Source: Jatrophihabitans sp.
GTDB lineage: Bacteria > Actinomycetota > Actinomycetes > Mycobacteriales > Jatrophihabitantaceae
DNA: 64,000 bases
Direction of reading: 5' to 3'
Assembly: GCA_035248685.1 (NCBI GenBank)
Contig: DATFHF010000014.1
Span: 133-64,132 of the forward strand
The number at the start of each line of letters is the position of its first letter. Position 1 is the first letter of the stretch. This document shows, in pieces, positions 7,782 to 17,533 of this stretch. A program made the translations under genes and the position numbers. Under the pieces are notes generated by a model, which did no database searches, was not told the DNA's origin, and saw nothing but the letters and a program-made list of their open reading frames with translations.

Positions 7782-10472
7782 TCACCGCGTGGTGGTAGCG
7801 CTGGCCGCGGCGGTCCCGTACGACGATCCCGCGACGTAAAGCCGGTAGCTGTAGCTATGCGTCTGGACGAAGCCGACCGCCATTTGCCCGGTCGAGTCAC
7901 TGGTCCGAGACAGCACGTTTTGCCAGCTGCCGTTGATGAAACGCTGAAGGTATATGGTCCGGCCAGCGCTGCGGCTGATCGTAGAGCCGACCTGCTGTTT
8001 GATCAGCCCGTTGATGTAGACGGCGACGCCTTGGCGGGAGCTGGCAATGTACGCGGTGGTCAAGCCTAAGGACACCGTCATGGTGTTGCTGGGATACGAC
8101 GTGTGCCCGGTCGTGTCGAAGGCCACCACGAAGTACCGGTGGGTCGAGCCGACCTTCAGGCCGGTGTCGGTCCAGCTGCCCCCCATGAGTCCGCTCGCCA
8201 CCCGGACTCCGTCGCGGTAGACCGAATAGCTGCCGATAGCGACATTGTCGGTGGCGCCGTTCCAATACAGCGGCACTGTGCCCGGCACCCCGGCCGACAC
8301 GAACAGCCGCGGCGGGGTCGGCCGGGTCCAGTCCGGAGTAGTAACCGATGTGCCGGAACTGATCCGCGAGATATTGCCGGCCTCATCCACCGCCGCCACC
8401 GAGTAGGTGTACTTGGTAATGTCCTTGGCCGTGGTGTCGGTGGCGCTGTTACCGGTCAGCCCGGACAGCAACAGCATCCCATCTCGATAGACCTGGTAAC
8501 TGCTGACGCTGACGTTGTCGGTGGTAGCCCCCCAGGACAAGCTCACCTGGTGTGGGGTGGCCAATGAGATGTGCGCGAGCGGAGGACCCGGTGTGTTGGG
8601 CGGGGTCGTGTCCGGCACCGCTACGGACCCGGAGGCCGCACTCTGTGCCGAAGAGTTGTCGCGCTGGTCCCGCGCCGCCACGGTCCAGCTGTGGGTGCCC
8701 ATCGGCACCCCAACATCGGTCCAACTGGTGACGCCGGCCGGGATGGTGGCCCGGTAGACGCCGTCGCGGTAGATGTCGTAGGCAACCACGCCGACGTTAT
8801 CGGTGGCCGCAGCCCCGCGCTTGATGATGACGTTGCCGGCGCTCCGGACGGCCGACGGCGCACCGGGCACCGACGGCGCCGAGTTGTCGGCGGCGAAGTG
8901 ATAGGTCACCTGGTCGAACACGGCGCCGTTCGAATCGGTCGGGCTGACCGTGACGTTGGTGCCGGACACCGTCACCTTGAGGAAGTGATAGACCTGCCCG
9001 GCCGCGCTGGGCTTGGCGGTCGCAGAACCGCTCGGCGAACCGCAGGACAGGCCGGTGGCGTGGCCCGGATCCCAACCCCGAGCGTAGACATCGGTCGAAG
9101 AACAGGCGCTGGACGCCAGCAGGCTCGGCACCCCGCCACCGCCGCCGGTGACGTAGCTCGGCACCCCGCCGGGCGGCGCGACGTTGCGCTGATACAGGTG
9201 GGCGTGCCCGTTGAAGACCAGGTTCACTCCGTTGTTGTTGAGCAATGCCTCCAGGCTCGTCCCGCCGCCGGTCGGGTTGGCCGCGCTGTTCTGCAAATAA
9301 ACGTCCTGCTGGGTGGTGAAGTTGTTCTGATCGACTCGCAGCGGGTAGTGGAAGAAGGCCATCCGCAGCGCGTTCGCTCCACGCGCCGCCCGGTCCTGCT
9401 GAAGGTCGTTGGCCAACCACTGGTATTCCGCACTGTCCTGCTGCCAGTGCAGATCCCGGTCGGCCTGGTAGCTGGGGCAGTTCGACGGGCACGCGGTGCC
9501 CAGGTTCGGGTAGCTGGATTGCGACAGGTCGCTCCAGTCGGCGTCCAGGATGTAGAACCGCACCCCACCGACGGTGTAGGCGTACCAGTCGCTGGGATAG
9601 TTGCCGGCCGGCAGGCCGTTCACCGACGGATACGGTGTCGAGCCGCTGTACACACCGCCGGAAGCGGCGGCGTTGGCGGCAGTCGGCCAGGTCGAGAAGA
9701 ACACTCCATTGCGGCCGTGGTTACCGGCCACCGCGTACAACGGCAGGCTGGAACCGACCTTGCCCCAGTACCGGGCGTCGAAGACACCGCTGACCTCCGG
9801 ACCGCCACCGGCACCGTCAGCGGGATGGTTCAGGTCACCGTAATTGGTGGTACTGCCGCCGGGATACGCCACGTCCCCGGTCGAGACCGCGAACAGCGCC
9901 GGCGCGCTGGGGCTGGCCGCGCTGGATGCCAACTGGTCGTCCAAGGCGTCCTGGTACGGGTTATAACTGGTCTGCGGGCCGTTGTTGGACAGCAACGTCT
10001 CGCCGAAATCCCCCAGCACGTCGAAGCTGAACGAGCCGCTGCTCGGCAGGGTGCTGAACGTGGTCGGGAACCGCGGCGGTTCGGATAGCAGCGCGGTGTC
10101 CGGACTGCCCGTCCCGCTGAAGATCCGGTAGCAGTAGGTGGTCCCCGGAGAGAGGTTCTTCAGCACCACCGAATGCTGGTAGTACGGTGCGGCCTCGCCG
10201 AAGGCGGTGTAGCTGGTGGGCGCACCGGCTGCCGCCGCGATCGACTGGCCGCAATTCCCGGACGGCCCGTAGGACACCACACCGTCCGAGGTATCCGAGG
10301 CGTCGGTCGCCCAGACCACATCCACCGAGGTGGTGGTCAGGTCGGTCAGGTAGGGATACCGGGCGAGCGCCGGCGAGTCGGCGGCCGCGGTGGACGTGAT
10401 CGGCACCGCCATGCCCAGCAGGAGCAACGCGAACGCGACTGACGCCACCATCGGCCGATGGAAACGAACCAC
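7782..10472 (-). CDS. secreted metallophosphoesterase (purple-acid-phosphatase-like) with three FN3-like repeats
   Basis: Signal peptide, YPYLTDLTTTSVDVVWAT N-terminal domain, and calcineurin-type motifs GDFGE, GDVAYPGG, GNHG, NGHAHLYQR. Three tandem modules each contain ATDNVxVxxYxVYRDG. Confidence 0.8.
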   Translation of the reverse strand: MVRFHRPMVASVAFALLLLGMAVPITSTAAADSPALARYPYLTDLTTTSVDVVWATDASDTSDGVVSYGPSGNCGQSIAAAAGAPTSYTAFGEAAPYYQHSVVLKNLSPGTTYCYRIFSGTGSPDTALLSEPPRFPTTFSTLPSSGSFSFDVLGDFGETLLSNNGPQTSYNPYQDALDDQLASSAASPSAPALFAVSTGDVAYPGGSTTNYGDLNHPADGAGGGPEVSGVFDARYWGKVGSSLPLYAVAGNHGRNGVFFSTWPTAANAAASGGVYSGSTPYPSVNGLPAGNYPSDWYAYTVGGVRFYILDADWSDLSQSSYPNLGTACPSNCPSYQADRDLHWQQDSAEYQWLANDLQQDRAARGANALRMAFFHYPLRVDQNNFTTQQDVYLQNSAANPTGGGTSLEALLNNNGVNLVFNGHAHLYQRNVAPPGGVPSYVTGGGGGVPSLLASSACSSTDVYARGWDPGHATGLSCGSPSGSATAKPSAAGQVYHFLKVTVSGTNVTVSPTDSNGAVFDQVTYHFAADNSAPSVPGAPSAVRSAGNVIIKRGAAATDNVGVVAYDIYRDGVYRATIPAGVTSWTDVGVPMGTHSWTVAARDQRDNSSAQSAASGSVAVPDTTPPNTPGPPLAHISLATPHQVSLSWGATTDNVSVSSYQVYRDGMLLLSGLTGNSATDTTAKDITKYTYSVAAVDEAGNISRISSGTSVTTPDWTRPTPPRLFVSAGVPGTVPLYWNGATDNVAIGSYSVYRDGVRVASGLMGGSWTDTGLKVGSTHRYFVVAFDTTGHTSYPSNTMTVSLGLTTAYIASSRQGVAVYINGLIKQQVGSTISRSAGRTIYLQRFINGSWQNVLSRTSDSTGQMAVGFVQTHSYSYRLYVAGSSYGTAAASATTTR

Positions 10473-10492
10473 GAAACCCGCACCCCCGTGTA

Positions 10493-10513
10493 GCCGACGG
10501 CTTCACCGTCGGC
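10493..10513 (-). terminator. GC-rich hairpin downstream of the GH4/ABC operon
   Basis: Perfect 8-bp stem GCCGACGG/CCGTCGGC with a 5-nt loop, about 95 nt past the GH4 stop. A second 6-bp hairpin, CCGGAC-AGT-GTCCGG, lies at 10526-10540. No U-tract. Confidence 0.4.
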
Positions 10514-10607
10514 AGCTCCCCCAAACCGGACAGTGTCCGGCGAACACCCGCCGCCAGCTGGGACGGAGCGGATGTGTGTTCTGTATACAGGGGCCGAAAC
10601 GCAAGCG

Positions 10608-11882
10608 CTAGAAGCAGTCTTGCCAGAATCGGGGCAGCCGGTCGCGGTTCGCCTCCAGGATGGCGTCCAACAACGGCTTGGCCAGCTCCCACTGCCGCAC
10701 CAGCGGATTGGCGAGCAGTGCTCGCAGCGCCACCTGCCGGTTACCGGTCCGCGCCGCCTCGATCGTCAGGACCTCGTACGCGGTCACCGCCTGCACCAAG
10801 CCGAGCAGCTCCGGAGCCAGCGGCGGCACCGGCAACGGATGGGCCCCGGCAGCATCGACTAAAGCGGGCACCTCGACCACCGCGTCGTCCGGCAGCCCGG
10901 CGATGGTGCCGTTGTTGCGAACATCGACGTAGTGGTGGCCACCGTCCCCGGTCAGCAGCGACGTGACCAGCGCGGCAGCGGCCTCGCTGTAGTAGGCACC
11001 GCCCCGCTGCTCGAGCAGTTCCGGCTTGTGATCGAGCGCCGGGTCGGCATACATGTCGAGCAGCACGCGTTCGATCGCCAGCACCTCCTCGGCGCGTTGC
11101 GGGCCGGTTGCCTGGGCGTGAATCGCCCGGTCGGTGCAATAGAAGTAGTGCAGGTAGTAGGACGGGATGGCCCGCAAGGTGCGCAGCAGCTCGGCCGGCA
11201 GCTCGATTCCCTCGACTAGTTCGTCGATCCGGTCGCTGTCGAGCAGCTCGGGCAACCGGTCCACCCCGTCCACCAGGATCTGCCGGATCCAGGACAGGTG
11301 GTTGAGCCCGGCGTGATCCAGCCGAACCCGATCCGGGTGCACCCCGAACCGGCTGGCCAGCCGCCGCTGGAAGCCGATCGCGACATTGCACAGGCCGAGG
11401 GCGCGATGGCCCTCCTCCAGCAGGGCGCGAGTAACAATGCCGACCGGGTTGGTGAAGTCCACGATCCAGGCCTGCGGTAGCGCCCGCTCGGCGACCACCT
11501 CGGCGATGTCGAGCACCACCGGGACGGTCCGCAGCGCCTTGGCGAAACCACCCGGCCCGGTGGTCTCCTGCCCGAGCAGGCCGAACTTGCCCGGCAGGGT
11601 TTCATCGACCAGCCGTGCCTGTTGGCCGCCGACCCGCAGCTGGACCAGCACTGCCGCGGCACCGTCGACCGCCCCGGCCAGTGCGGTGGTGGTGGTCAGC
11701 CGGCCGGGGTAACCGTGGCGGTCCAGGATCCGCCGAGCCAGGCCGCCCACCACGTCGAGCCGATCGGCCGCGATGTCGTGCAGCACCAGTTCATCGACGG
11801 CCAGCGTGTCGGCTCGCCGCGCGAAACCCTCGATTAACTCGGGGGTGTACGTGCTACCCCCACCGATCACCGCAATCTTCAC
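10608..11882 (-). CDS. glycoside hydrolase family 4 (6-phospho-beta-glucosidase-like)
   Basis: MKIAVIGGGSTYTPELIEGF N-terminal NAD-binding motif, ..GLCNVAIG.. and overall GH4 length (424 aa). Confidence 0.85.
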   Translation of the reverse strand: MKIAVIGGGSTYTPELIEGFARRADTLAVDELVLHDIAADRLDVVGGLARRILDRHGYPGRLTTTTALAGAVDGAAAVLVQLRVGGQQARLVDETLPGKFGLLGQETTGPGGFAKALRTVPVVLDIAEVVAERALPQAWIVDFTNPVGIVTRALLEEGHRALGLCNVAIGFQRRLASRFGVHPDRVRLDHAGLNHLSWIRQILVDGVDRLPELLDSDRIDELVEGIELPAELLRTLRAIPSYYLHYFYCTDRAIHAQATGPQRAEEVLAIERVLLDMYADPALDHKPELLEQRGGAYYSEAAAALVTSLLTGDGGHHYVDVRNNGTIAGLPDDAVVEVPALVDAAGAHPLPVPPLAPELLGLVQAVTAYEVLTIEAARTGNRQVALRALLANPLVRQWELAKPLLDAILEANRDRLPRFWQDCF

Positions 11883-11884
11883 AG

Positions 11885-12880
11885 CTATCCCGTTCTATAG
11901 GCTAGTTCAGCCTCGGCGACGTGACAGGCCGCCTGATGGGCCGGAGCCAGCAGCCGGGGTTGCGGGGTGAGCTCGGCACAGACGTCCACCGCCAGCGGGC
12001 AGCGCCAGCGGAACCGGCAGCCAGGGCTCGGGTCGATCACTCGGGGTGGCTCGCCGGTGTCCGAGTCGGCGGCCACCTCCAGCGGCGCCCGCGGATCCGG
12101 GACCGCCGACAACAACAGCTGGGTGTACGGGTGTTTCGGCTCCGCCAACACGCTTTCGGTCGGGCCCGATTCGACGATGTGTCCGGCGTACATCACGAGC
12201 AGCCGGTCGGACAGGTACCGCGCGCTGGCGATGTCGTGGGTGATGTAGAGGATGGAGACGCCCTCGTCCTCGCGCAGCTTTGCCATCAGGTTCAACAACC
12301 CGAGCCGGATCGAGACGTCGAGCATCGATACCGGCTCGTCGGCCAGGATCAGCTTCGGCTGGTAGGCCAATGCCTGGGCGAAGCCGATCCGCTGGCGCTG
12401 GCCGCCGCTCAACTCGTGCGGGAACCGGTCGAGGATGGTGGCCGCCGGGGTCAGTCCAACCGCATCCACCACCCGTTCGGCCTCGGCCAGGCGCTGCGCC
12501 CGGCTTAGCTCGGGCCGGTGCAGTTTCAGCCCGCGCCGGATGCCGTGCGAAACCCGATAGGCCGGGTTCAACGAACTGAACGGGTCCTGGAACACCATCG
12601 GGACATCGCTTCGATACGCCATTGCCTGCCGGCGGGTACGCATGCTGGCCAGCGATCTGCCCTGGTAGCGAATCTCGCCGCTGGTCGGGCGGTACACCCG
12701 GGCAAGCAACCGGGCGATGGTGCTCTTGCCGCTGCCGCTCTCCCCCACCAACGCGACGATTTCCTTGTGATGGATGACTAGATTCGCATCGTCGACCGCG
12801 TGCAGGGTTCGCCGGCTCAAGCTGCCGCCGACCTTGAAGTGCTTGCTCAGCCCGCGGGCCTCCAGCAACGGCTCGGTCAT
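11885..12880 (-). CDS. ABC transporter ATP-binding protein (DppF/OppF-type)
   Basis: Walker A GESGSGKST, signature LSGGQRQR, Walker B ILADEPVSMLD. Start at ATG 12880 (MTEPLLEARGL) overlaps the upstream stop as ATGA. Confidence 0.9.
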   Translation of the reverse strand: MTEPLLEARGLSKHFKVGGSLSRRTLHAVDDANLVIHHKEIVALVGESGSGKSTIARLLARVYRPTSGEIRYQGRSLASMRTRRQAMAYRSDVPMVFQDPFSSLNPAYRVSHGIRRGLKLHRPELSRAQRLAEAERVVDAVGLTPAATILDRFPHELSGGQRQRIGFAQALAYQPKLILADEPVSMLDVSIRLGLLNLMAKLREDEGVSILYITHDIASARYLSDRLLVMYAGHIVESGPTESVLAEPKHPYTQLLLSAVPDPRAPLEVAADSDTGEPPRVIDPSPGCRFRWRCPLAVDVCAELTPQPRLLAPAHQAACHVAEAELAYRTG

Positions 12881-13869
12881 GAGGACTCCCGCCCCTCGGA
12901 CGGCACCGAGGGTGCGTGCCGCAGGCAGCGAGCCTGCGCCGGCCCAACGTCGTACAACCGCGGTTCGACGCTGCTGCACTGCGGTTGCACGACTGGGCAC
13001 CGTGGATGGAACCGGCAGCCACTCGGCAGCCGGGCCAGCTCCGGTGGGCTGCCGGGAATGCCGGCGAGCTCGACTCGCGGACCCCTGATGGACGGGAAGG
13101 CCTCAAGCAGCCCCCGGCTGTACGGATGCGCAGGCGTGTCGAACACGGTCCGGGTCGGCCCGGCCTCCACTACCTGACCGGCGTACATGACCAGCAACCG
13201 GTCGGAGAAGTGGCTGACCAGCGACATGTCATGGGTCACGAAGACCACCGCGAAACCCAACCGCTGCTGAAGTTGCTTGATCTGGACCATCAGCGAGCGT
13301 TGCGCCACCACGTCCAGCGCCGAGGTGGGTTCGTCCATGATTATCAGGTCGGGCGTGAACAGCAGCGCCATCGCGATCATGGCTCGCTGCCGCATGCCGC
13401 CACTGAGCTGATGCGGGTAGCTACCGAGATGGATCGGGTCGATACCGACCAGCCGCAGCACTTGCGTGGACCGTTCGGTCGCCTGCTGCGCGGAAAACTT
13501 GCTGTGTGCCGCCAGCGCGTCGCGAAACTGCGCGCCGATGCTCAGCACCGGGTTGAGCGCGTTCATGGCGCTTTGCATGACCAGCGACAACTCCCGCCAC
13601 CGCAGCACGTTCAATTGCTTGTCGGTCATGGTGACCAGGTTCCGCGCATTGAACGCCACGCTGCCGGCGGTGATCGCGGCCGGTGGGCTGAGCAACCGGG
13701 CGATCGCGAACAGCATGGTGGACTTGCCACAGCCGGACTCGCCCACCACCCCGACGAATTCGCCCGTCCCTACCTCGAAGCCGACACCGTCGACGGCGGT
13801 CACCGGGCCGCGATCGGTGGCGTATTCGACCGTCAGCTCTCGAACCTCAAGCACCGGCGCGGTCGGCAC
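12877..13869 (-). CDS. ABC transporter ATP-binding protein (DppD/OppD-type)
   Basis: GESGCGKST, LSGGMRQR, IIMDEPTSALD, and a C-terminal oligopeptide-type extension with CRFHPRC. Confidence 0.9.
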   Translation of the reverse strand: MPTAPVLEVRELTVEYATDRGPVTAVDGVGFEVGTGEFVGVVGESGCGKSTMLFAIARLLSPPAAITAGSVAFNARNLVTMTDKQLNVLRWRELSLVMQSAMNALNPVLSIGAQFRDALAAHSKFSAQQATERSTQVLRLVGIDPIHLGSYPHQLSGGMRQRAMIAMALLFTPDLIIMDEPTSALDVVAQRSLMVQIKQLQQRLGFAVVFVTHDMSLVSHFSDRLLVMYAGQVVEAGPTRTVFDTPAHPYSRGLLEAFPSIRGPRVELAGIPGSPPELARLPSGCRFHPRCPVVQPQCSSVEPRLYDVGPAQARCLRHAPSVPSEGRESS

Positions 13870-14779
13870 GTCGCCTCCTCACCGGCCGGAGCGCCGGGTT
13901 GCTGATCTCATCGAACGCGTAGTTGATCAGGGCGAACGAGACGCCGAGCAGGGCCACGCACAGCCCCGGAGCAATCGACCAGAGTGGCATGCCGGTCTGG
14001 AGGGCCTGCTGGCTCTGTGACCAATACAGCATGGTGCCCCAGCTGATCGAGTTCGGATCCCCCAGGCCGAGGAACTGCAAACCGGCCGCGGTCAGCACCG
14101 AATACAGGGCCGCCCCGAGAAAGTTCGCGACGATCAGCGAGGTCATGGTAGGCAGCACCTCGGCCAGGATGATGTATGAGCGCCGCTCGCCACGTACTCT
14201 CGCGGATTCAAGAAAGTCCCGGTTGCGCAACGACAACGTCTGCGCGCGCAGCTGATTGGCCCCGTAGGACCAGCCGGTGACGACCAGCACTACCAGGATC
14301 ACCAGCAGGGTGCCCTTGCCGGCGTAGGTGGCGAAGATAATGATCAGCGGAAAGGTCGGTATCACCAGGAAGATGCCGGTGATCATCGACAGCACCTCAT
14401 CGGCGATGCCACCGAGGTAGCCGGCGCTCACCCCCACCAGCACCGACAGCACAGTGGCAAACAGCCCGGCCACCAGGGCGATGACCAGTGACTGCCGGGT
14501 GCCGTAGACCAGTTGGGCCCAGATGTCCTGTCCCAATGACGTGGTGCCCAGCCAGTGCCTGCTCGACGGCCCTAGCGATGGTGCGAAGGCCAGGTCGTTG
14601 GGATGGCGAACCGAGGTGAACAGCCCCGGTGCCACCGCCAGCACGCAGAAGACGACGAAGATGATCGTCCCGATCATGGCCTTGCGGCTGCTGCGAACCG
14701 CACCGATCCAGCCACCGCCGTGCCGGCGAACCGGCGGGCTGGTGCCGGCAGCGGCGGTGTCGATCAACAGCGCGGTCAT
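13847..14779 (-). CDS. ABC transporter permease (DppC-type)
   Basis: Multi-TM protein of the binding-protein-dependent permease type, positioned within the operon. Confidence 0.85.
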   Translation of the reverse strand: MTALLIDTAAAGTSPPVRRHGGGWIGAVRSSRKAMIGTIIFVVFCVLAVAPGLFTSVRHPNDLAFAPSLGPSSRHWLGTTSLGQDIWAQLVYGTRQSLVIALVAGLFATVLSVLVGVSAGYLGGIADEVLSMITGIFLVIPTFPLIIIFATYAGKGTLLVILVVLVVTGWSYGANQLRAQTLSLRNRDFLESARVRGERRSYIILAEVLPTMTSLIVANFLGAALYSVLTAAGLQFLGLGDPNSISWGTMLYWSQSQQALQTGMPLWSIAPGLCVALLGVSFALINYAFDEISNPALRPVRRRRADRAGA

Positions 14780-14785
14780 CGCGGG

Positions 14786-15775
14786 TCAGCCGTTCGTCCG
14801 GGATCGCGGGTCCAGCCAGGCGATCGCGAAGTCGCAGATCAGCAATGCGAGCAGCACCGCGACCGTGAACAGCATGAACAATGCCTGCATCAGCGGGTAA
14901 TCGCTGTTCTGCACGGCGTTGTACAGCAGGTAACCCAGCCCCGGGTAGTTGAAGACGTACTCCACCAGGATCGCGCCGGAGATGACGAAACCGAGCGACA
15001 TGGCAAAGCCGGACAGGTTCGGCAAGAATGCATTGCGCGCCGCGTAGCTGGTCATGATCCGCCGGTTCGATAGGCCCTTGGCGCGTCCCATCCGGACGTA
15101 GTCCTCCGACAGGGTGGTGATCATATTGTTGCGCATGGTCAGGATCCAGCCGCCGATCGAGGTGATCAGGATCGTCGCCGCCGGTAATACCGCGTGTTTC
15201 AGCACGTTCTCGATGAAACCCAGCGACCACTCGGGCAGCAGGTCGGTGTCGTAGTTGAAGTCGCTGGGCAACAGGCCGTTGGTCCAGACCGAGAAGACCA
15301 GGATCAGCAGCAGGCCCACCCAGAAGTAGGGCAGCGCGGAGGTCACCACGAATACCGGCGGCAGCACCGAGTCCAGCTTGCCGCCGCGTTTCCAACCGGC
15401 CACGATGCCGATCACCGAGCCGAGCGCGAACGCGAGCACGGTGGCCATCCCGACCAACCCGAGCGTCCACGGCAGCGCCTGCTTGACGATCGTGCTGACC
15501 GGCTCGCCCATGGTCGCGCCGATGGAGATTCCCCAGTCACCGGTGACCATGCTCTTCAAGTAGTCCAGGTACTGCACTGCGATGTTCTGGTGCGGCTTGA
15601 ATCCGAACGAGGTGAGCAGTTGCTCCAGCGCCGCCGGTGACAGCTTGTTGTGCGTCCGGTCCCGCAGCGCCTGAAGCGGGCTGCCCGGCATGAACCGCGG
15701 AATGAAGAAGTTCAAGGTCAGCGCAGCCCACAGCGTGAGCAGGAAGAAGCCGAGCCGGCGCAGCACGTACCTCAT
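14786..15775 (-). CDS. ABC transporter permease (DppB-type)
   Basis: MRYVLRRLGFFLLTLWAALTLNFFIPRFMPGSP is a typical DppB/OppB N-terminus, followed by the EAA-type loop RAKGLSNRRIMTSYAARNA. Confidence 0.9.
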   Translation of the reverse strand: MRYVLRRLGFFLLTLWAALTLNFFIPRFMPGSPLQALRDRTHNKLSPAALEQLLTSFGFKPHQNIAVQYLDYLKSMVTGDWGISIGATMGEPVSTIVKQALPWTLGLVGMATVLAFALGSVIGIVAGWKRGGKLDSVLPPVFVVTSALPYFWVGLLLILVFSVWTNGLLPSDFNYDTDLLPEWSLGFIENVLKHAVLPAATILITSIGGWILTMRNNMITTLSEDYVRMGRAKGLSNRRIMTSYAARNAFLPNLSGFAMSLGFVISGAILVEYVFNYPGLGYLLYNAVQNSDYPLMQALFMLFTVAVLLALLICDFAIAWLDPRSRTNG

Positions 15776-15784
15776 TGCCGGAGG

Positions 15785-17533
15785 CTACTGCGCGGCGCGT
15801 GAGTACAGGTGTAACAGCACCTGCTCGACGTCGGGAACGGTGAACGCCGAAGGCTGGGCGTACGGGTCGTCCGCGGTCGGCCAGCCGCCGATGTCGCTGG
15901 TGTTGTACTGGAACCAGTCGACGGACTCGGTGGTCGGAATGATCGGGATGTCCTTGAGCACGGCGTCTTCGACCTGCTTCATGATCGCCACCTGGCCGGC
16001 GTCGTCGGCGCTGGGGTAGGAGTTGAGCAACTCGTCGATCGCCGGGTTGTTGTACCGCTCGTAGTTGCTGTTGGCCTGCTGGCCCAGTGGTGCCGAGTTC
16101 TTCGAGTGCAGCATCTGCCGCAGCTCGTAGTACGGCGTGGGCCCACCCGGTTCCCCGTAGTAGGCAAGGTCGAAGTCACCGGTGAAGAGCTTGGAGTCGA
16201 ATGTCTGCTGGGCCAGGTCCTGCACGGTCAGCTCGATGCCGATCGGCTTGAGCTGCTGCTTGATGACAGCCAGCGACGCGTCCCAGTCGGTGTAACCGGT
16301 GATTGTGATGATGGACAGCTTCAACGGGTGGGACGGTGAGTAGCCGGCGGAGGCGAGCAGCTGCCGAGCCTTGTCCGGGTTGGGCTTGTCGTAGCCGGCC
16401 GCGCTAACCGCCGCCGCGTCGTAGTACTTCGCGAACGTCGGAATGACTACCCCGGCCTGGTTGGCCGGCGGCTGCTGGCCACCCTCCCCGATCGCCGAGA
16501 TTTGGTTGCGGTCGATGGCGGCGGCGATCGCCTGCCGCACCGCGAGCTTGCTGGTGGCCTGGTGGGACGGATCCAGGTTCGGGAAGATGTTCACCAGGGT
16601 CACCGGCGGCGACCAGGTGTGGTTGTCGCTCGACTTGGATAGGTAGAACTGCTTGATGTTCGGGATGAACTGGCTTCCCCACTGAGCCTTGCCGTTGGCC
16701 AGATCAAGGTTTGCCGGCCCGTTGTCGAGGTAAGCCGGGTACTCCACCTTCTGGATGTAGGGCTTGCCGGGCTGCCAGTAGGTCGGGTTGGCCACGTATT
16801 GGATGTTGTTCGGCTTGCACGGGCTCACCTTGAACGGGCCGGTACCGACCGGATCCGGATCCGCCCAGGTGTCCGGGTGCGCCGCCGCCTCACCGGTTGA
16901 GAACACGTGCTCGGGCACGATGCCGACCTGGTTGGCGAAGTTGAAGAAGTACGGCTCGGCCGGCTTGTCGAACGTCATGGTGACTTGGTTGCCGCTGGCG
17001 GTCACGCTCTGCAGGCCGGCCGCGGTCCACAGCGCGTACGCATCGGTGGCCGGCACCCGCTTCATCAGGTTGAAGGTGAACGCGACGTCGTCGGCGCTGA
17101 ACGGCTGGCCGTCGTTCCACTTCACCCCGTCCCGAATGGTGAAGACGATGGACTTCTTATCCGCATCCCAGGTATAGGACTTCGCCAGCATCGGCGTCTC
17201 CGCCTGGTTGTTCAACAGGTTGACGAACACCAGCGGCTCGTATACGAAGCCGACCGACTCCAGGTAAACAGCCGGGTTGAACGGATTGAACTGACAGGTC
17301 CAGGTCTGCCCCTGCTCGTTGGAGATGGTGACCGTCCCGCCCTGCTTATGGGACGCCTTCTCGGTGCTGCTGCCCTCCTGACTCACGGTCCCCGAGGGTG
17401 TCGCGGCCACCCGCTTCTTCGCACTGGTACAGCCGGTGGCGAGCAAAGCCACTGTCACGCCAAGCACGAATGCCCTGGTTGCTGTGTTGCGCCTCATCTT
17501 GACGCTCCTCGGTAGGTGGTGTGTGCGGCTCAT
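15785..17533 (-). CDS. ABC transporter substrate-binding lipoprotein (family 5, peptide/oligosaccharide type)
   Basis: Lipobox LLATGC after a signal sequence; 582 aa, typical for SBP_bac_5. The start overlaps the upstream ROK stop (ATGA). Confidence 0.85.
   Translation of the reverse strand: MSRTHHLPRSVKMRRNTATRAFVLGVTVALLATGCTSAKKRVAATPSGTVSQEGSSTEKASHKQGGTVTISNEQGQTWTCQFNPFNPAVYLESVGFVYEPLVFVNLLNNQAETPMLAKSYTWDADKKSIVFTIRDGVKWNDGQPFSADDVAFTFNLMKRVPATDAYALWTAAGLQSVTASGNQVTMTFDKPAEPYFFNFANQVGIVPEHVFSTGEAAAHPDTWADPDPVGTGPFKVSPCKPNNIQYVANPTYWQPGKPYIQKVEYPAYLDNGPANLDLANGKAQWGSQFIPNIKQFYLSKSSDNHTWSPPVTLVNIFPNLDPSHQATSKLAVRQAIAAAIDRNQISAIGEGGQQPPANQAGVVIPTFAKYYDAAAVSAAGYDKPNPDKARQLLASAGYSPSHPLKLSIITITGYTDWDASLAVIKQQLKPIGIELTVQDLAQQTFDSKLFTGDFDLAYYGEPGGPTPYYELRQMLHSKNSAPLGQQANSNYERYNNPAIDELLNSYPSADDAGQVAIMKQVEDAVLKDIPIIPTTESVDWFQYNTSDIGGWPTADDPYAQPSAFTVPDVEQVLLHLYSRAAQ

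Noticed and set aside
8100-8900. Periodic sequence similarity inside the metallophosphoesterase gene, checked for a CRISPR-like or tandem DNA repeat.
   Set aside because: The periodicity is the three ~90-aa FN3-like protein modules, which are divergent at the nucleotide level. There is no short direct repeat/spacer structure, and no CRISPR array anywhere in the window.
8571-10088. Very long ORFs antisense to clear genes. Examples: 8571..10088 (+, 505 aa), 1133..2023 (-), 22243..23595 (-, 450 aa), 27623..29194 (-, 523 aa), 45678..46991 (-, 437 aa), 57258..58754 (+, 498 aa), 39909..41141 (+).
   Set aside because: Their translations are Arg/Gly/Pro/Ala-rich and low-complexity with no recognisable motifs. 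Each lies opposite a gene with strong family signatures. This is the classic stop-codon-poor shadow-ORF effect in high-GC DNA.
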